DNA of 61,317 nucleotides, counting the filler, from Dugesia japonica (taxonomy: Eukaryota): NCBI GenBank assembly GCA_001938525.1. It is 6 parts of 6 records of this genome, joined end to end, with 100 filler letters (N's around TTAATTAATTAA, not from the genome) between each part and the next. Parts side by side here need not be neighbours in the genome. Positions count along the whole stretch, not along the records: positions 20,074 to 28,698 come from MQRL01563216.1; positions 28,799 to 41,743 come from MQRL01537321.1; 4 more parts are not named here. One strand, written 5' to 3'. Position numbers and translations under genes: made by a program. Of this stretch, positions 25,840 to 39,225 are shown piece after piece. Below the pieces are notes generated by a model. It was not told where the DNA came from. It ran no database searches and saw only the letters and a program-made list of their open reading frames with translations. How positions within the stretch are numbered: the stretch's first letter is position 1; each line of letters starts with the position of its first letter.

Positions 25840-27785
25840 CAAGGACGGATCCACAGGGAGGTGATGGGGGCGAGCGCCCCCCAAATATCCGAATTTTGAT
25901 AAAGCTATATAATTATGCGGAGTGACTACTCATATGAATATTGAAATAGCAGTATGAAAAAGTAAAGAAGAAATGAAAAATTAAAAACAATTTTGTATCT
26001 AAAAATCAAAACAAACATGAGAAAAATAANNNTAAAAGTACTAAATGCTATAAAGGATAAATTAAATAAATTTTATAATAAAAATTAACTTTAAATAGAA
26101 ATTCTTTAAATAAATAAATTTAATTAATTAATTGAATAAATTTTTAAAGCATTACAAATAATTTTCAAGTTATAATTATTTAATTATTTTAAATATATCA
26201 GAATTTGTGATTTTTTAAGAAATGAAACGATCAATGCAAACACCGATTTTACAATTTTTTAAAAAACAAAATCAAGATAACATTACAGAATCAGAAAATA
26301 TAAAACCAGTAGATGCACTTTTACCAGAAGAAAAATCTTCTTTCCCTCCATCACTATCGCTATCGACATTATCATCGTCATTCTACGATTCAAGTGACAT
26401 TGGTCATTTTATCAATAGAAAAGCTGACCTAGACGACATCACCAAATATAATATGAAATAAAAATTCTTGGCAGCCACCTTCAACTTTAAAATTTTCATT
26501 TTCTGTTCACCAAAAGGGTAACATTGAAGAAAAAAGATATATTCAACATAATAATCTTTTAAATCACAAATAGCTTATATATTCTGATATTTATAAAAGT
26601 CTCTTCTGCAAATATTGTGTACTATATGCTGAATTTTGTGGTGCTAATAGAAAAATTAAAGTGGAAAGGTTTGTAACAAAACCTTTGAAAAAGTTTGCAA
26701 AATTATTAGGAACGGATGGTGAATTTCTATTACACGACAATTATTTTTATCATAGAAAATCTGTAACTGCAGCTTCTAGGTTTTGTCAAGTTTTTAATGA
26801 TCCTTCGAAATCGATTTCAAATTTAATTACCTCAAATAGATTAAAAATAATCAAAGATAATCGCGAACCGTTATTATTAAAACTATTCTTCTCATGAGCC
26901 TCCAAGATGGACCTCCAAAAAGATAAAGAAGATAACGAAAATACATTGCAAAACAAAGGAAATTTCCGAGAACTGTTAAAATATCAGATCGATGCTGGTG
27001 ACACTGTTTTTGAAGTTTATTTGAAAAATTCAAATTCGAATGCCACTTATAAAAGTAAAACCACACAAAATTAATTAATTGAGGCACGTAGAGACGTCAT
27101 CAAACAAACTATTTTAGGTCGGATTAACAAGGCAAAATATTTTTCAGTAGTATTTGATAAAACAGTGGACAACACAACTTTCGATAGTGTTGACGCATGT
27201 TTATAATAAGAAAAGATATGAAGATTTCTTAGAATTTATTAATATTCATTAGTCCATTTTTGTAAACCAAGATGTTATGCAGGAACCAAAAGTGAGTGGA
27301 AAACTTCTCGGGAAATTAGTGGTAACAAAACTGGAAGAACCTTGCTTGAATCTGGATTTTTGTATTGTTATTGGAACTGATGGATGCTCGGTGATGACAT
27401 CTGAAAAGTAGGTGCCGTGAATGAAATTTAAAAAAAAGCTAAAAATGCTGTCCACTATCCTGGTTACAACCATAGTTTAAATTTGTCAATTTTGATATCA
27501 TCAAATGTCACAAGTATTCGAAATTCGATTGAATTAATTAAAGACACAATTTCATTTTTAACTTCTTCTTGCAAACGTAGAGTGATAATTAAGTAATTTT
27601 ATTGTTATGTACGTATAATATGGGTGTTTTGTGTTTTTATTATGAGTGTAATATTTATTATAAATGTAAGTATGTTTTTTGTAAATAAACATGTTTGATG
27701 TATTAATCAATTTTTCTATTAACAAAAATATTATTATAATTTTTTTTATCACCCCCCCCATGAAATATTCCTGGATCCGTCGTTG
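25840..27785 (+). mobile_element. hAT element (PRKRIR/THAP12-like transposase), internally deleted, with TIRs and 8-bp TSD
   Basis: TIRs CAAGGACGGATCCA and TGGATCCGTCGTTG. TSD TATGAAAC / TATGTAAC (7/8 match). Motifs LFCKYCVL, FVTKPLKKFAKLLG.DG, KAKYFSVVFD and GTDGCSVM at 26222-27560. Confidence 0.88.
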
Positions 27786-27794
27786 TATGTAACG

Positions 27795-28450
27795 CGTACC
27801 CAGACATTTCATATAAAACATTTTCATATAAAAACTTTTCATATAACACTTTTTTATATAAAATTTTGCATTATAAAATGAACCATAATAGTTAATTACA
27901 GTTATAAAATAATAACTAGAGATTTCAAAATCAAGCATAACAGAAACAATTTTTAATTTACTGATAAATCTGAATAAATATGAGAACTTGTGATCTACAA
28001 TCTTAATACAAGATTAGAATAGAAGATTAAAATTCTACCAGAATCATTTAAGCCAGGAATGCAAAAATGCCTCCCCTAAAAGCGTTCTATTATTTGAAAA
28101 ATCGATAACGCATGTATCTAAGGAGGAAGAAATTTTAGGCCTCTTACTGTTTTGAATCTTATTTACCATTTTTAATAAAGATGTTTTTTTTCAGCAATAT
28201 TAGCTGTGAGGATTTATGGGAAAGAAGAATTTTTAGATTTTGTTTAACTATTATAATGAGTTTGTTTGGACTGGGTTAAATTTGAAAAATAAATCTTGAT
28301 TATAAAGTTATATCTGAAGGTATATTTATTTTGGAATTTCGGCAAGGTAATATTGTTTCTTTTATAAATTTTAAAGTGTAATTTTTATCAATTGTTTGTA
28401 AAATTTATTATTGTAAAATTTATCTAAAACCCTAAAGTTAGATAAAATTT
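27795..28450 (+). mobile_element. Probable MULE-type remnant with tandem CATTTTCATATAAAA-like terminal repeats
   Basis: Four roughly 16-bp tandem units at 27801-27870 and weak transposase-like fragments. Confidence 0.35.
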
Positions 28451-28501
28451 TAATAAATATTTATGCTAAAAGAAAATTGTTCTTTACCAGAGGTATGTAT
28501 G

Positions 28502-28560
28502 CAGCGACGGATTCAGGAACTTTTCATGGGGGAGGGCGATGTAAAAATAATTACGTCATT
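28502..28560. mobile_element. Isolated TIR of the hAT family at 25840-27785
   Basis: CAGCGACGGATTCAGGAACTTTTCATGGGGG matches the reverse complement of 27750-27785. Confidence 0.65.
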
Positions 28561-28798
28561 TATTATGTAATCGACCAGGAATTAAATTTTTAGTTTAAAT
28601 AAAGTAAAGTAAAAGTAGAATTTTTTGTTTACATTTACTAAAATTTATTTTTAATTAATTTTCACGAAATCCTGTAGAAAAGTCCATTATGTTTAAATNN
28701 NNNNNNNNNNNNNNNNNNNNNNNNNNNNNNNNNNNNNNNNNNTTAATTAATTAANNNNNNNNNNNNNNNNNNNNNNNNNNNNNNNNNNNNNNNNNNNN

Positions 28799-29711
28799 TT
28801 TTGCAAGTAGTTTTTCTCTGCTGTTTGTCTCTTTCTGTCAATTCAAAAGGTATTCTTTTTCCTTTAATCAGAATCTTTTCATATCACGTAACCAGTTTGA
28901 AATAATTTGTTCGAGGAATCATTTGCCTATGCGCTTGAGCATCGTTTTCGTTCAATAATGCTTACAATTCCTCAAATATTATTGATGATTTCTCATGCTC
29001 CTTTTCATTTACACCAAAATCTCAGGTTTTGAGTCGTATAAACCATGGTTGTTATAATCNNNNNNNNNNNNNNNNNNNNNNNNNNNNNNNNNNNNNNNNN
29101 NNNNNNNNNAATTTTGCAAGTAGTTTTTCTCTGCTGTTTGTCTCTTTCTGTCAATTCATAAGGTATTCTTTTTCCTTTAATCAGAATCTTTTCATATCAC
29201 GTAACCAGTTTGAAATAATTTGTTCGAGGAATAATTTGCCCTTGTTCTTGAGCATCGTTTTCGTTCAATAATGCTTACAATTCCTCAAATATTATTGGTG
29301 ATTTCTCATGCTCCTTTTCATTTACACCAAAATCTCAGGTTTTGAGTCGTATAAACCATGGTTGTTATAATCCTCTCCAAGCAATTTGTGTACATTGATA
29401 GCATTTTTCTTCAAATTGAACATAAAAAGTAATACTTCCCGTAAACGGTGTTTATCAGGCACAAATGTCACCTTAAATGCTAAATTAAAATGGTAAGATA
29501 TAAATAGATAGTGCTTAAACTGCACTTCAGATAAACAGCAACACAACTTGCAAAATTTTTTTGTTTGAAAATTGATACACATAGTTACTAAACGACGGAG
29601 TCATACTTGTACACATAATAATTTANNNNNNNNNNNNNNNNNNNNNNNNNNNNNNNNNNNNNNNNNNNNNNNNNNTTACTAAACGACGGAGTCATACTTG
29701 TACACATAATA
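28799..29711 (-). mobile_element. mariner (Mos1/mauritiana-like) 5' remnant, partly duplicated across gaps
   Basis: FVPDKHRLREVLLFMFNLKKNA..HKLL.E resembles the Mos1 N-terminus. TIR TATTATGTGTACAAGTATGAC..GTCGTTT at 29586-29621 and 29676-29711. Confidence 0.78.
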
Positions 29712-29967
29712 ATTTAGCTATATAAGTAATTGCAATGTACTATTCGAAATTTTCACAGAAAACAATAAAATTCCAGACAAATCAACCAATAGTTGGCCTT
29801 CACTACATGCTTCAGATTAATTAGGAAGTTGTATAAACATTATTGATTTCTTTCATCTCTAAGAATAAAAATCTCAATTTTGCTCTTAGTGTCATAAATC
29901 GTGATTTATTATCGTTAATTTAACTATTCACAATATATTTTTTGTTTGTATTCTTTTTTATAAATAT

Positions 29968-30810
29968 GTTTAACCATTCCCGGACGATAATTTTTTTTCC
30001 AAATAATGTCATTTTTGGAGGACATCTTGAAATTTCCTTATTTTTCTATTTGTGCACAGATTACTCCAGTTAAAAATACATACAATACATGCAATACATT
30101 TCTGTTTCAATAATTCACAATGTATGAACGTTTCATGTTCTTTGGGATGCCATACTTAGTGATCTCCGGTTTATCAATTTTGTCTTTCTCAGTGGAACGA
30201 ATTGATCATCGACCTCTTCATTCCAAAAGATTCTAAAGGCATAGTTTTATGTCTAGGTTGTTTTCTTCATGAAGTTTTATTTGATTCAATATTTTATATG
30301 AGTCAAAGGCTTTTTTGATTCATTATCTGAATTGTTTATACCGAAGCAGTAACCAAATGAAAAAAACAACATTATTATTCTTAGATGGCTCTCGAATATT
30401 AGATACTTGCTGACAATCACTGGTTTCGCATATGAAATACTCACCCATCGACCTTACAAGTCACCAATTAATTTCAAATATTGGCCATTGTACGAGCGCG
30501 CATCCACCAAGGTGATGTGCAAAATATTACAATAGCTGTCGAAATTCAATGACCAAATAAACGAGCTATGCAATATCAGGAATAAGCCTAATTCTACATA
30601 GGCCAAAGTAGTTAATTGAAATACTGAGACTGAAAATATGAAATATATATATGAAAGACGACTCACAATTTTTTTCTGGGGAAATCAGCCAATAAACTCC
30701 AAAACTAAACCCTAGTCCATATCCTCCTCGACTGTGTCTAAAAAATACTTTCAAACTTGTTGATTTCGCCTATTCGCTTCTTTCACTATATTTTATACCA
30801 GTTATCTAAT
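29968..30810 (-). mobile_element. Probable piggyBac 3' remnant
   Basis: TTAA followed by a CC-starting terminus at about 29969. Minus-strand Cys-rich C-terminus (HC...KCIACIVC...LC) and an SRR-W-like segment. Confidence 0.5.
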
Positions 30811-30862
30811 TTTATCTTGTAATTTTAGTAATTATTATGACTAGTAATTTTAATGTGTATAT

Positions 30863-31700
30863 TAAGGGGTGATGCTATATTCCAACAGGTTTATTTCATC
30901 GTACATAAATTTTATTACAAATCGATAAAGTACGATTAATAGCGTGTCTATAATACATGATTATCACAAATCCTCACATGTTCCATTCCGTATCGTCGCT
31001 TGCAATCCAATTTCTTAGGAACATTTTTGACCATAGTCTGTATTATACCTATGTCAACTTTCTTCAAGCACCTTTTAATGCGCATAATGAGCTGCTCAAC
31101 GCTTGCAGTCTTCCAATACTTCGCATACACCAAACCTTTCAAAATCGACCAGAAATGTTCCGTCGGTCGCATTTCCATTATACAGGGTGGATTNTCGTAA
31201 CCTTTTTCGCATAATGTGTCGATGCTAAGTACGGTCAGAAGGTGTAAATACTCTGAGTGGGATACTGTTGTATGAATGGAATGATGCAATTCACAATACA
31301 TTCCTTTAAGTTTACGTCGGCGTTGACAGAAAGTCCAGATGGTNNNNNNNNNNNNNNNNNNNNNNNNNNNNNNNNNNNNNNNNNNNNNNNNNNNNNNNNN
31401 NNNNNNAATTTCTTTACCTCTTGGAAAAATATTGATTACTCTCATATTCTACAGTTTTCAAAAGGGTGCTACCGTATTTTTTTCTTATTATGCACACATA
31501 AAAAACGTAAAACTATACTTTCTGGATTTTCAAAGCCTGGCTATATTGAAAAAATTGTTGAGCCTATTGAACTAAATACTTGAAATTCTAGTCTAGATAG
31601 ATGTCATTTCTAACAGCACTCTCAATTTTACAATACAATAAATTTTAAGAAAATAAATATGGTATCTGAATTTAATTCTGAATCGTAATATTCTAGCTAA
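30863..31700 (-). mobile_element. Tc1/IS630-superfamily transposase remnant
   Basis: YTF.PYLASTHYA (FWPDLASxHY-like) and NPP...RPTEHFWSILKGLVY. TA plus a terminal sequence at about 30863. Confidence 0.72.
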
Positions 31701-33179
31701 AAAAATTAATTATCTGTTGAGGAATATAATTTTTTTTCTTACCAATGTTTATAGTTTCGAAGTACTCTAAGTTTGTGTCCCAAAAAAAGAATATCGGGTT
31801 AAAACAAATTTTATTTTTGACTTACGGAGTCAAATTTTTGAGTTCTTTTTCGACTTATTTATTTAAATAAAGATTTTATTACTTATTAAATCGTTTCGAT
31901 AATTTATTTAATTAAATATNNNNNNNNNNNNNNNNNNNNNNNNNNNNNNNNNNNNNNNNNNNNNNNNNNNNNNNNNNNNNNNNNNNNATAGTTCTGATAA
32001 AAACATTAGTTTGTTAGCAGAGGTTGATTTTGACATACAAAGATTTGTGGATGAACATCAGCGGAGATCTCTGTTGGAATAATTTTTCACTATGACGTTA
32101 AGATTTTTATATAGAATTTAGCTCAATTTTAACGATAACCGATAAATGATTTTAGGTGTGATTTGATTTTGTAATATATTTTTAATTGAATGAGTAACGA
32201 AATCGATTTTCATCTTATAAATAATTAAATTTGTATTTTTTGTGTCTAAGTTAGTTATTCTTCTGTAAAAGTTCCATAAGCTCCATGAAAGTGTTATTTA
32301 TTTGAATTATATTTTCAATTAAGTTTTAATTGTTTTTCTTCCAAAATTAAAGCAAGACAAATTAATACATAATTTAATTTTCACAATTTATATTTAACCT
32401 TTTATCAGAACTCTATTTCCCTAATTAATTTCTTTTTTCTTTGAAGTTTAGTTTTACTTTTTCTATACTGGTTGTTATTGATTAAAATTTCAAATTAGAT
32501 GGTTTTCTCTATTATTATCCAATCAGTGTAACCCGTCTTTAGAAAATTGTCTTCATGCTGACTTTCGCTCAGTTGATTTCATTCTAATTAATAAGACAAC
32601 GAAACGTATTGATATATACATTTATTTAACCAGGCTCTACTGATAAACGTCGTCCTTCGTGATAAGACAATCCGGATCCTTGTTTACTTGTTTCATTTCA
32701 TGTCTTCCAGAGTGTCTAAACATTAGCCAAAACTGAAGCTTCTCTTTTGGAATAACTTTCGATGATTTCGGCCTTCATCCTATTGTTGGCCTTCAGTTTA
32801 CCCGCTTGCACAAGATAGTTATCCTTTTTTTGAAATTAGCGCTCTTATCTTTTGCCTCCTTCAATCTACCTAGTAGCGACTTGCTCTGTTAATAATTCTT
32901 CTCTACTTGGTTGGCTAATTTTTTGTTGACATACTGAAAACGTAATTAGGTTCATGGATTAATTATTGACAGTTTCATTTATTTCAATTTGTTAGATTAT
33001 TATCACATTTTACTGTTCTTAAATAATGAATAGGTAACATTAAGAGTTGAAAATTCTTATGGGTAAAATATGATCAAATGTTATGGCATTTATTAAAATC
33101 TACATTAAGAATTTATTTTATGGAATATACACATATATAGTCAGTCCCTTACTCAGATTTATACCTATCTTCCTAAGAC

Positions 33180-33690
33180 ATCCTCTTTCTCCTCATCGTT
33201 AAAATATTCGTCATATTATAAAAATTGGAACAGTTTGAAAGTAGATTTCAGCAATTTGCCATTGGGCACGTTTATTATGAATTATTTTTCTGCAAAAGTA
33301 TACATTGTTGAAACTGCTAAATTAATAGCAGAACTTCTTCAAGAAAAACACCGAAAATTGAATAAGAGATGTTAAATTTTCAAATTGACATTAAAATTTC
33401 ACGATATAGATGAAATCTTTTGGAATTTAGTTGACCATAAAAAGTATAATCTCTTGAAAAAATGATCTTTAAAATCAAATCTTGTTTTGATTCCACATAT
33501 TTGTACGGATCTTTATTTATCACCATGAATATTATGAAATCGAAAATTAGAGTTTCATCCTCCGAAATTAAAAAATTGAGTGCGCTTAACGTCAGATAAC
33601 ATTTGTGAAAATATTTTTACGATTGAGACTATCATATTTCGCTACCAACTGTGAGAAATTGACAAAAAAAATGTCAAAGATCGCATTGAT
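33180..33690 (+). mobile_element. hAT (GTF2IRD2-like) C-terminal remnant
   Basis: KIKSCFDSTYLYGSLFITMNIMKSK.R and a CQRSH* ending. Confidence 0.7.
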
Positions 33691-34029
33691 TGGATTTTAT
33701 AATCTTCTATATTATTTCCCATATCTGTATGTATGCATGTGTATTTGTCTGTAACACCTGAGTTATAATGTAAAGGTTAATATAAATTACTACGGAATAC
33801 ATACAAGTTTAAGAGGTATAAATTTAAAGTTTAAATGATTAAAATTTTTGAAGATATGGATGAGTAAAAACGCATTAGTGACATACGATAATAAATTAAA
33901 TTTAAAAATTGACCATGATTTTTATTAAAAGTGTAGGAGTGATTCATAGATTTTAAATATCTGGGAAATTTTTTAATTTTGTATATATTATATTATATTA
34001 TATTAAAAAATTTTTTTGAAACATTCAAT

Positions 34030-37000
34030 ATTATTGTAAAAAAGTAAAAACAGATTTTTAAGATAAATATTCATGGCAGGCAACTGGGATATTGACAGAT
34101 AAACAAGGCAAAACATCAAATTATCACAAATGAAGAACCAATAAATGCAAAACCATGGAGACAACCAATGCATTTAGAAAATAAGATATATGAAGCTGTC
34201 AAAAATTTGTTTGACAATGGCATTATTAGGAAGTATAATTGTCAATGGAACACCCTGTTAGTTTGTGTTTGGATAAATGAAAAGAAAATCGTTAAATTAT
34301 GTCTAGATTTTAGAAAACTAAATGCAAACACAGAAAGACAGGCATTTTCGATGTCCAATGCAGAGGAAATACTAGACAATTTCAGTGGTTCAAGATATTT
34401 TAGTACTATTGATTTGGGTAATGCATATTATCAAGTTCCCTTACATAAATATTCACAAAAGAAAACAGCATTTTCTATGAAAATTTACAGTATTGTTTCA
34501 CAAGAATGCATTTTGCTATATAAGTGCATCATCTGGAACGTTTAAAGAATTAATGACAAAAGTATTAGGAAGATTGAGAGGAACGATGGTATTGTTAGAT
34601 CTTGTGGGGAGAAATAACAATTAATTTATTTATTTATGCTGACTCCAAATTTTACTAAAAAATATGTGCGTGAAGGTTTATAAATAATGGAATGTGATAA
34701 TAATAATAAATTAAAATAACACAATTTTATACTTATTTAGATTTATTAATCAAATAAAAATTACAAATAATAAAACGTATAATGATTTTTGGGATTTAGC
34801 TTAAACCGCTCTATATTGAATTTAACTGAAGGATGAAAACCGGGATTACATTACCGTACTGATGCGCCTAAGTTTCCTCACCACACGTAGATAATTCAAG
34901 ATGTGTAATTTTAGTGAGATTTTATTACAATTAAAACAGAGTATTTAAACCACTGTAATATTATCTTCAATTAAATGATTAAAAAAAATATGAAACAAAT
35001 AATGATCCAATCAGATTTTTATTTGTCCAAATCTAATAAAATTTTTACCTTTTTAATTTTACTGCTATCTTAGCAAAATTCAATTTTTAGCTTCAACTGC
35101 TATATGGTAAAAACTTTTTGGCTGCTTTTAGCTTAACAGCTATTTTATCTTGAAAAGTTTTGTCTGCCAAAACTGATTTTGTAATTAGTATATATACAAA
35201 TTTTGTGTTTACGATTACTTAACAAAATTCCTAAATAAATATGATATTACTTAAAATGGCAATTTTAATTACAAAATTTAAAAGAAGTAATCAATAGGAG
35301 TGATTTAAAATTTATTTATTTAGTGAGGAATAATATAAAATAAATAAAATAATGTAGGTTATACGTAATTATAGTAATTTTCTTCAAAATCGAATTTATT
35401 TAATTATAATTTTTAAAGATTATACTTATGACCTTGATTAAATTAACGAATTTAAACAAGTCAAGAAATTTTTTAAATAATTAAATTATTTAACTGAATA
35501 AAACTAAAGTAATTTAATGTAAGCTTAGCTTACAACCCTAACAGTATACATGGATGATATATTGATATTTTCCGAAAATTTAGAGAAGCACATTAGAATT
35601 GTAGACCAAGTTTTTAAAAGAATTCAAGAATCTGGATTAGAATTAATCTAAAACAATATCATTTATTGCGAGCAGAAATCAAATTTTTAGGACATGTAAT
35701 AGACAAGAATAGGTTTCAGACTGATTTAATAAAAATTGAAGCAATAAAAAATTTCNNNNNNNNNNNNNNNNNNNNNNNNNNNNNNNNNNNNNNNNNNNNN
35801 NNNNNTACTAGATGCCATCGGAGCAGGTTTATCGCAAATACATGAAAGAAATTTAGAACAAGTCATTGCCAATGGGTCAAATGCAAAGTCAGCTCATGGA
35901 AAAAGATATTGTATAACAAGAAAGGAATTATTTGCTTTTTACTATTATTTTAATCATTTTAAACATTATTTGTATGGAAAAATATTTTTTGTGTGAACAA
36001 ATCACAAGGTGATGGTATTTATGATGCAGACAAATCAGCCAATTACAGAATTGGATGAATTTTCTTGGTAGCGTAGATATAGTATTGGAATTTAGACAAG
36101 GTGCGCAACATACGAAAGCCGATATGCTGTCGAAAATTAATTGTGGTACGTGTGTAAAATGCTGCACTGATCATGAGAATCCAAAGGAAGGAAAAATAAA
36201 GACCAGAAGAATTAATGGTATATTAGGTTTTATTTACATATATATATGGCAAAGTAACGTAAAAGAAATTAAACAAATAAAGAAAGATATACAAATTGGA
36301 ACATGTAAAGAATTTCTATTAATAGAAGATATATAAAATAAAAAACGTCAAAATAGTGATCCCCTATAAAAAGAAAATTCAAATGGTAAAAGAAACGCAC
36401 TATTTATTGGTGCACGCAAACACTGGAAAGGCAATAAATTATTTAAAAATGAATATGATATGCAGGACTTTAGAGAAACTGTGTCAAAAGTAAATAAACA
36501 ATGTACATCGTGTCAAATGAACAAGGTAACAACAGTTAGAACAAAGAAAGAAACTATAAAATTAATCGCTAATGAACCATTTGAGAAGATTTATATTGAT
36601 ATCCAAGAAACGTTAGGATGAAAAAGATATACATATGCTTAACAGCCCCATTTAAACAAGATAAGGGATCAATAAAGAAAACAATTATGGATAAATGGAT
36701 ACTGAGATTTGATGTCCGAAAATAGATACATGTAGATTGTGGGCAGATCTTTGAATCGAGAGCTTTTAAAGAGATTACAAATTCAATGAATATTAAGATT
36801 TGTTTTTCAATTCCATATCCTCATAATGCAAACGGAATAGTATAACATCAATTCAGAACGATTGGAGATTACATTAATGCAACATTCAAAGATAGAAAGA
36901 ATAAAAATCGGGCAAAGTTAATACCAGAAATTGAATATACACTAAATTTAACAAGCCAAAAAACTTTGGCGATAAGTCCAGCAGAAATGATATTTGGTAA

Positions 37001-37170
37001 GAAGATACATAGAAAAAATAGTTTTAATAATGGCGAAAAAAATGAAGAATCTGAAGAGTTGACACCAACAAAGAGAAATTTTCAAGTTGGATACGAGGTT
37101 CTAATTAAGTTAGAAAACAGATCAAAAGACAAAGAAAGATACATAGGTCCATACGAGGTAATAAATAGAN
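34030..37170 (+). mobile_element. Ty3/Gypsy retrotransposon pol (RT, RNase H, integrase), decayed and interrupted
   Basis: LCLDFRKLN, YFSTIDLGNAYYQV, VYMDDILIFS (35544 onward), YCITRKELFA, integrase HYLLVHA..C..CQ, HVDCG..FES and SPAEMIFG. Confidence 0.92.
34593..35543. mobile_element. 951-bp solo LTR (or Ginger-type non-autonomous element) with 4-bp TSD
   Basis: TGTTAG...CTAACA termini flanked by GTAT (34589-34592, 35544-35547). Its removal restores RT ...GTMVYMDD. Confidence 0.82.
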
Positions 37171-37299
37171 NNNNNNNNNNNNNNNNNTGCTGAAGAGCAA
37201 AAAGATTTGGATGCGATAGTTTAAGTAACAATATTTCAAATGGAGGCATTTTTCCTAAAATAATAGGAAGCTAGATACAATGAAATTTATATTAAAGTA

Positions 37300-39223
37300 T
37301 TAATTAGAAAATACTACTATATTATCTTTTGATGATGTATTATACATAAAAGATCTATCTGAATTAAATGAATACATTATACATGCTTTTATAAATATAT
37401 TCAAAACCTTTATTTTAAAGAAAAAAAAAGACCATTTAAATTTTCGTTGGAAATACATATTAAAAGAATCACCTTTGATAGAATCCTGAAAAAAATTTGG
37501 GAATTTATAGTCCAACATATACCAAAAGTAATATAAATATAGTTCATATACAAAAAATATTTGAAGAAGTTAGAAACCCAAAAATTATCACCAATTTTAT
37601 CAAATGTTCATCTATAATAATATAGTTGAACCTATAACTGTTGGCAATTCAAATGTTCATTTGTTAAAATCAGTATGTCTGAATATTTTTGAAGATGATC
37701 AACTCGTTCAAATAATAGTGAAGAATCCAATGTATCTATTAATTACTATCCCAAGTATAAGCTATATAGACATCAACATCCTCGACGATAAAGGCGAGTT
37801 AATTAGATTTGTTTCAGTCACAAAACCTCATTTAATATTTTATTTTAGAAAATTAATTATCTAATCCTATTATTATAGCATTATATAGCACCAGTCAAGC
37901 TGGTGGTGAATTACCATACTTTGTAGAAAAACAGTATGGATCAGGATGATTGCAAACAACTGGTTGATTTGCGTTACCAACTCTTAGACGTATTGATTGA
38001 ATTGGAATGAAAACAGCACAGGATGTAATAAATAATAAAGCAAAAATTTTACCATCACTCAAAACAAATGCAATAAATAAATTCAACTACTTTATGGATT
38101 CAGATGAACTTTCAAAAGTGATGTCAAAACCAGAGAATGAAGAAAATCTTAAAGGAAGTGGAATAAAACGTAAGAATTCTATCTTGATGGGTATAAACAA
38201 ACGAATGAAAAGATATAAAACTATAATCGACTAATAATTTGTGGGAAAACAGAATTGCTCATTTTCATGTCTAAATTTTCTAAAGTTTTAGTTAATCTTC
38301 ATACTATTAAGGAAACCGATAATTACATGACCAACCAAACTGGTTATAAGGACAATACTGTTCCAAATGATATCAACTCTAAGAAATACGAAAACGGAGT
38401 CATAAAGACAACAATAAAGAAATCTATAAAGAAATCATCAAAAAACCAATCAAGGAAACATTCAAAATGACAACTAAAATGTTATTCAAAGATTAAAAAC
38501 AAGAAAAAGCCAANGAAACAACAAAAGAGTAAAGTGAAGATAAAGATTCAATCAATTGGTAAATGGTGGAAGCTATAGAAAATCTAAAAATGTGTTTTTT
38601 AATAAATATTATGACATTTCAATAAAGTCTTCCTTATTTAAAATTTTTTTCACAACAGTCTACAATGAAAATGTTACAGTCATTTCCAAAGTTTTTTATT
38701 GATAATTAATTAGAGATTGTTGTAAAAATTTTTCGAGGAAATGTAATTCATAAACAAGATAAAAAGCTTATTTTACAACATCATAAAAACCATTTCTATC
38801 AATTGTTAAAACTAATAATATGAAATTAATGACAGAAATAATCTTTAAAAAAAAGGTGGATTCATTGCTACATCATTACCAGTAGCATTAGAAGCATTAG
38901 GATTAACAAATTCATTATAAACAATGGATAATTTAGAGTCATTGTCACGAATATATCTGAAATTTATAACAAATTGTTTTAATGGAAAAAATATGGACAG
39001 ACCCAAAACATCCAGCAGGGTTCAAAGGAGCGGAAAAATTATGGAAAGTTACAAAACGCTCAAAAATCCAGACGAAAAATCGGTTACCAAACCAGTTAGC
39101 GTACAAGCCAATGTTGAAAAGGCTCCCAGCAAGACCGTATAAAACCTTTGGAATTGATGATTTATGGCTTATGGATTTGATTGAAATGATCCCATATTCA
39201 AGAATTAATAAAGGTTACTAGTA
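37300..39223 (+). mobile_element. Second remnant of the same Polinton family (minor capsid C-terminus, GSG protein, MCP start, GG-ORF, integrase N-terminus)
   Basis: 37604-37864 matches 16022-16288, 38007-38234 matches 15681-15896, and 38982-39221 matches 17814-18070 (YKTFGIDDLW.MDL..MIPYS.INKG). Confidence 0.88.
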
Positions 39224-39225
39224 TA

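Noticed and set aside
28799-29716. Near-identical tandem duplications (28799-29059 vs 29111-29371; 29586-29626 vs 29676-29716)
   Set aside because: Each pair flanks an N gap, which is typical of unmerged contig or haplotype overlaps.
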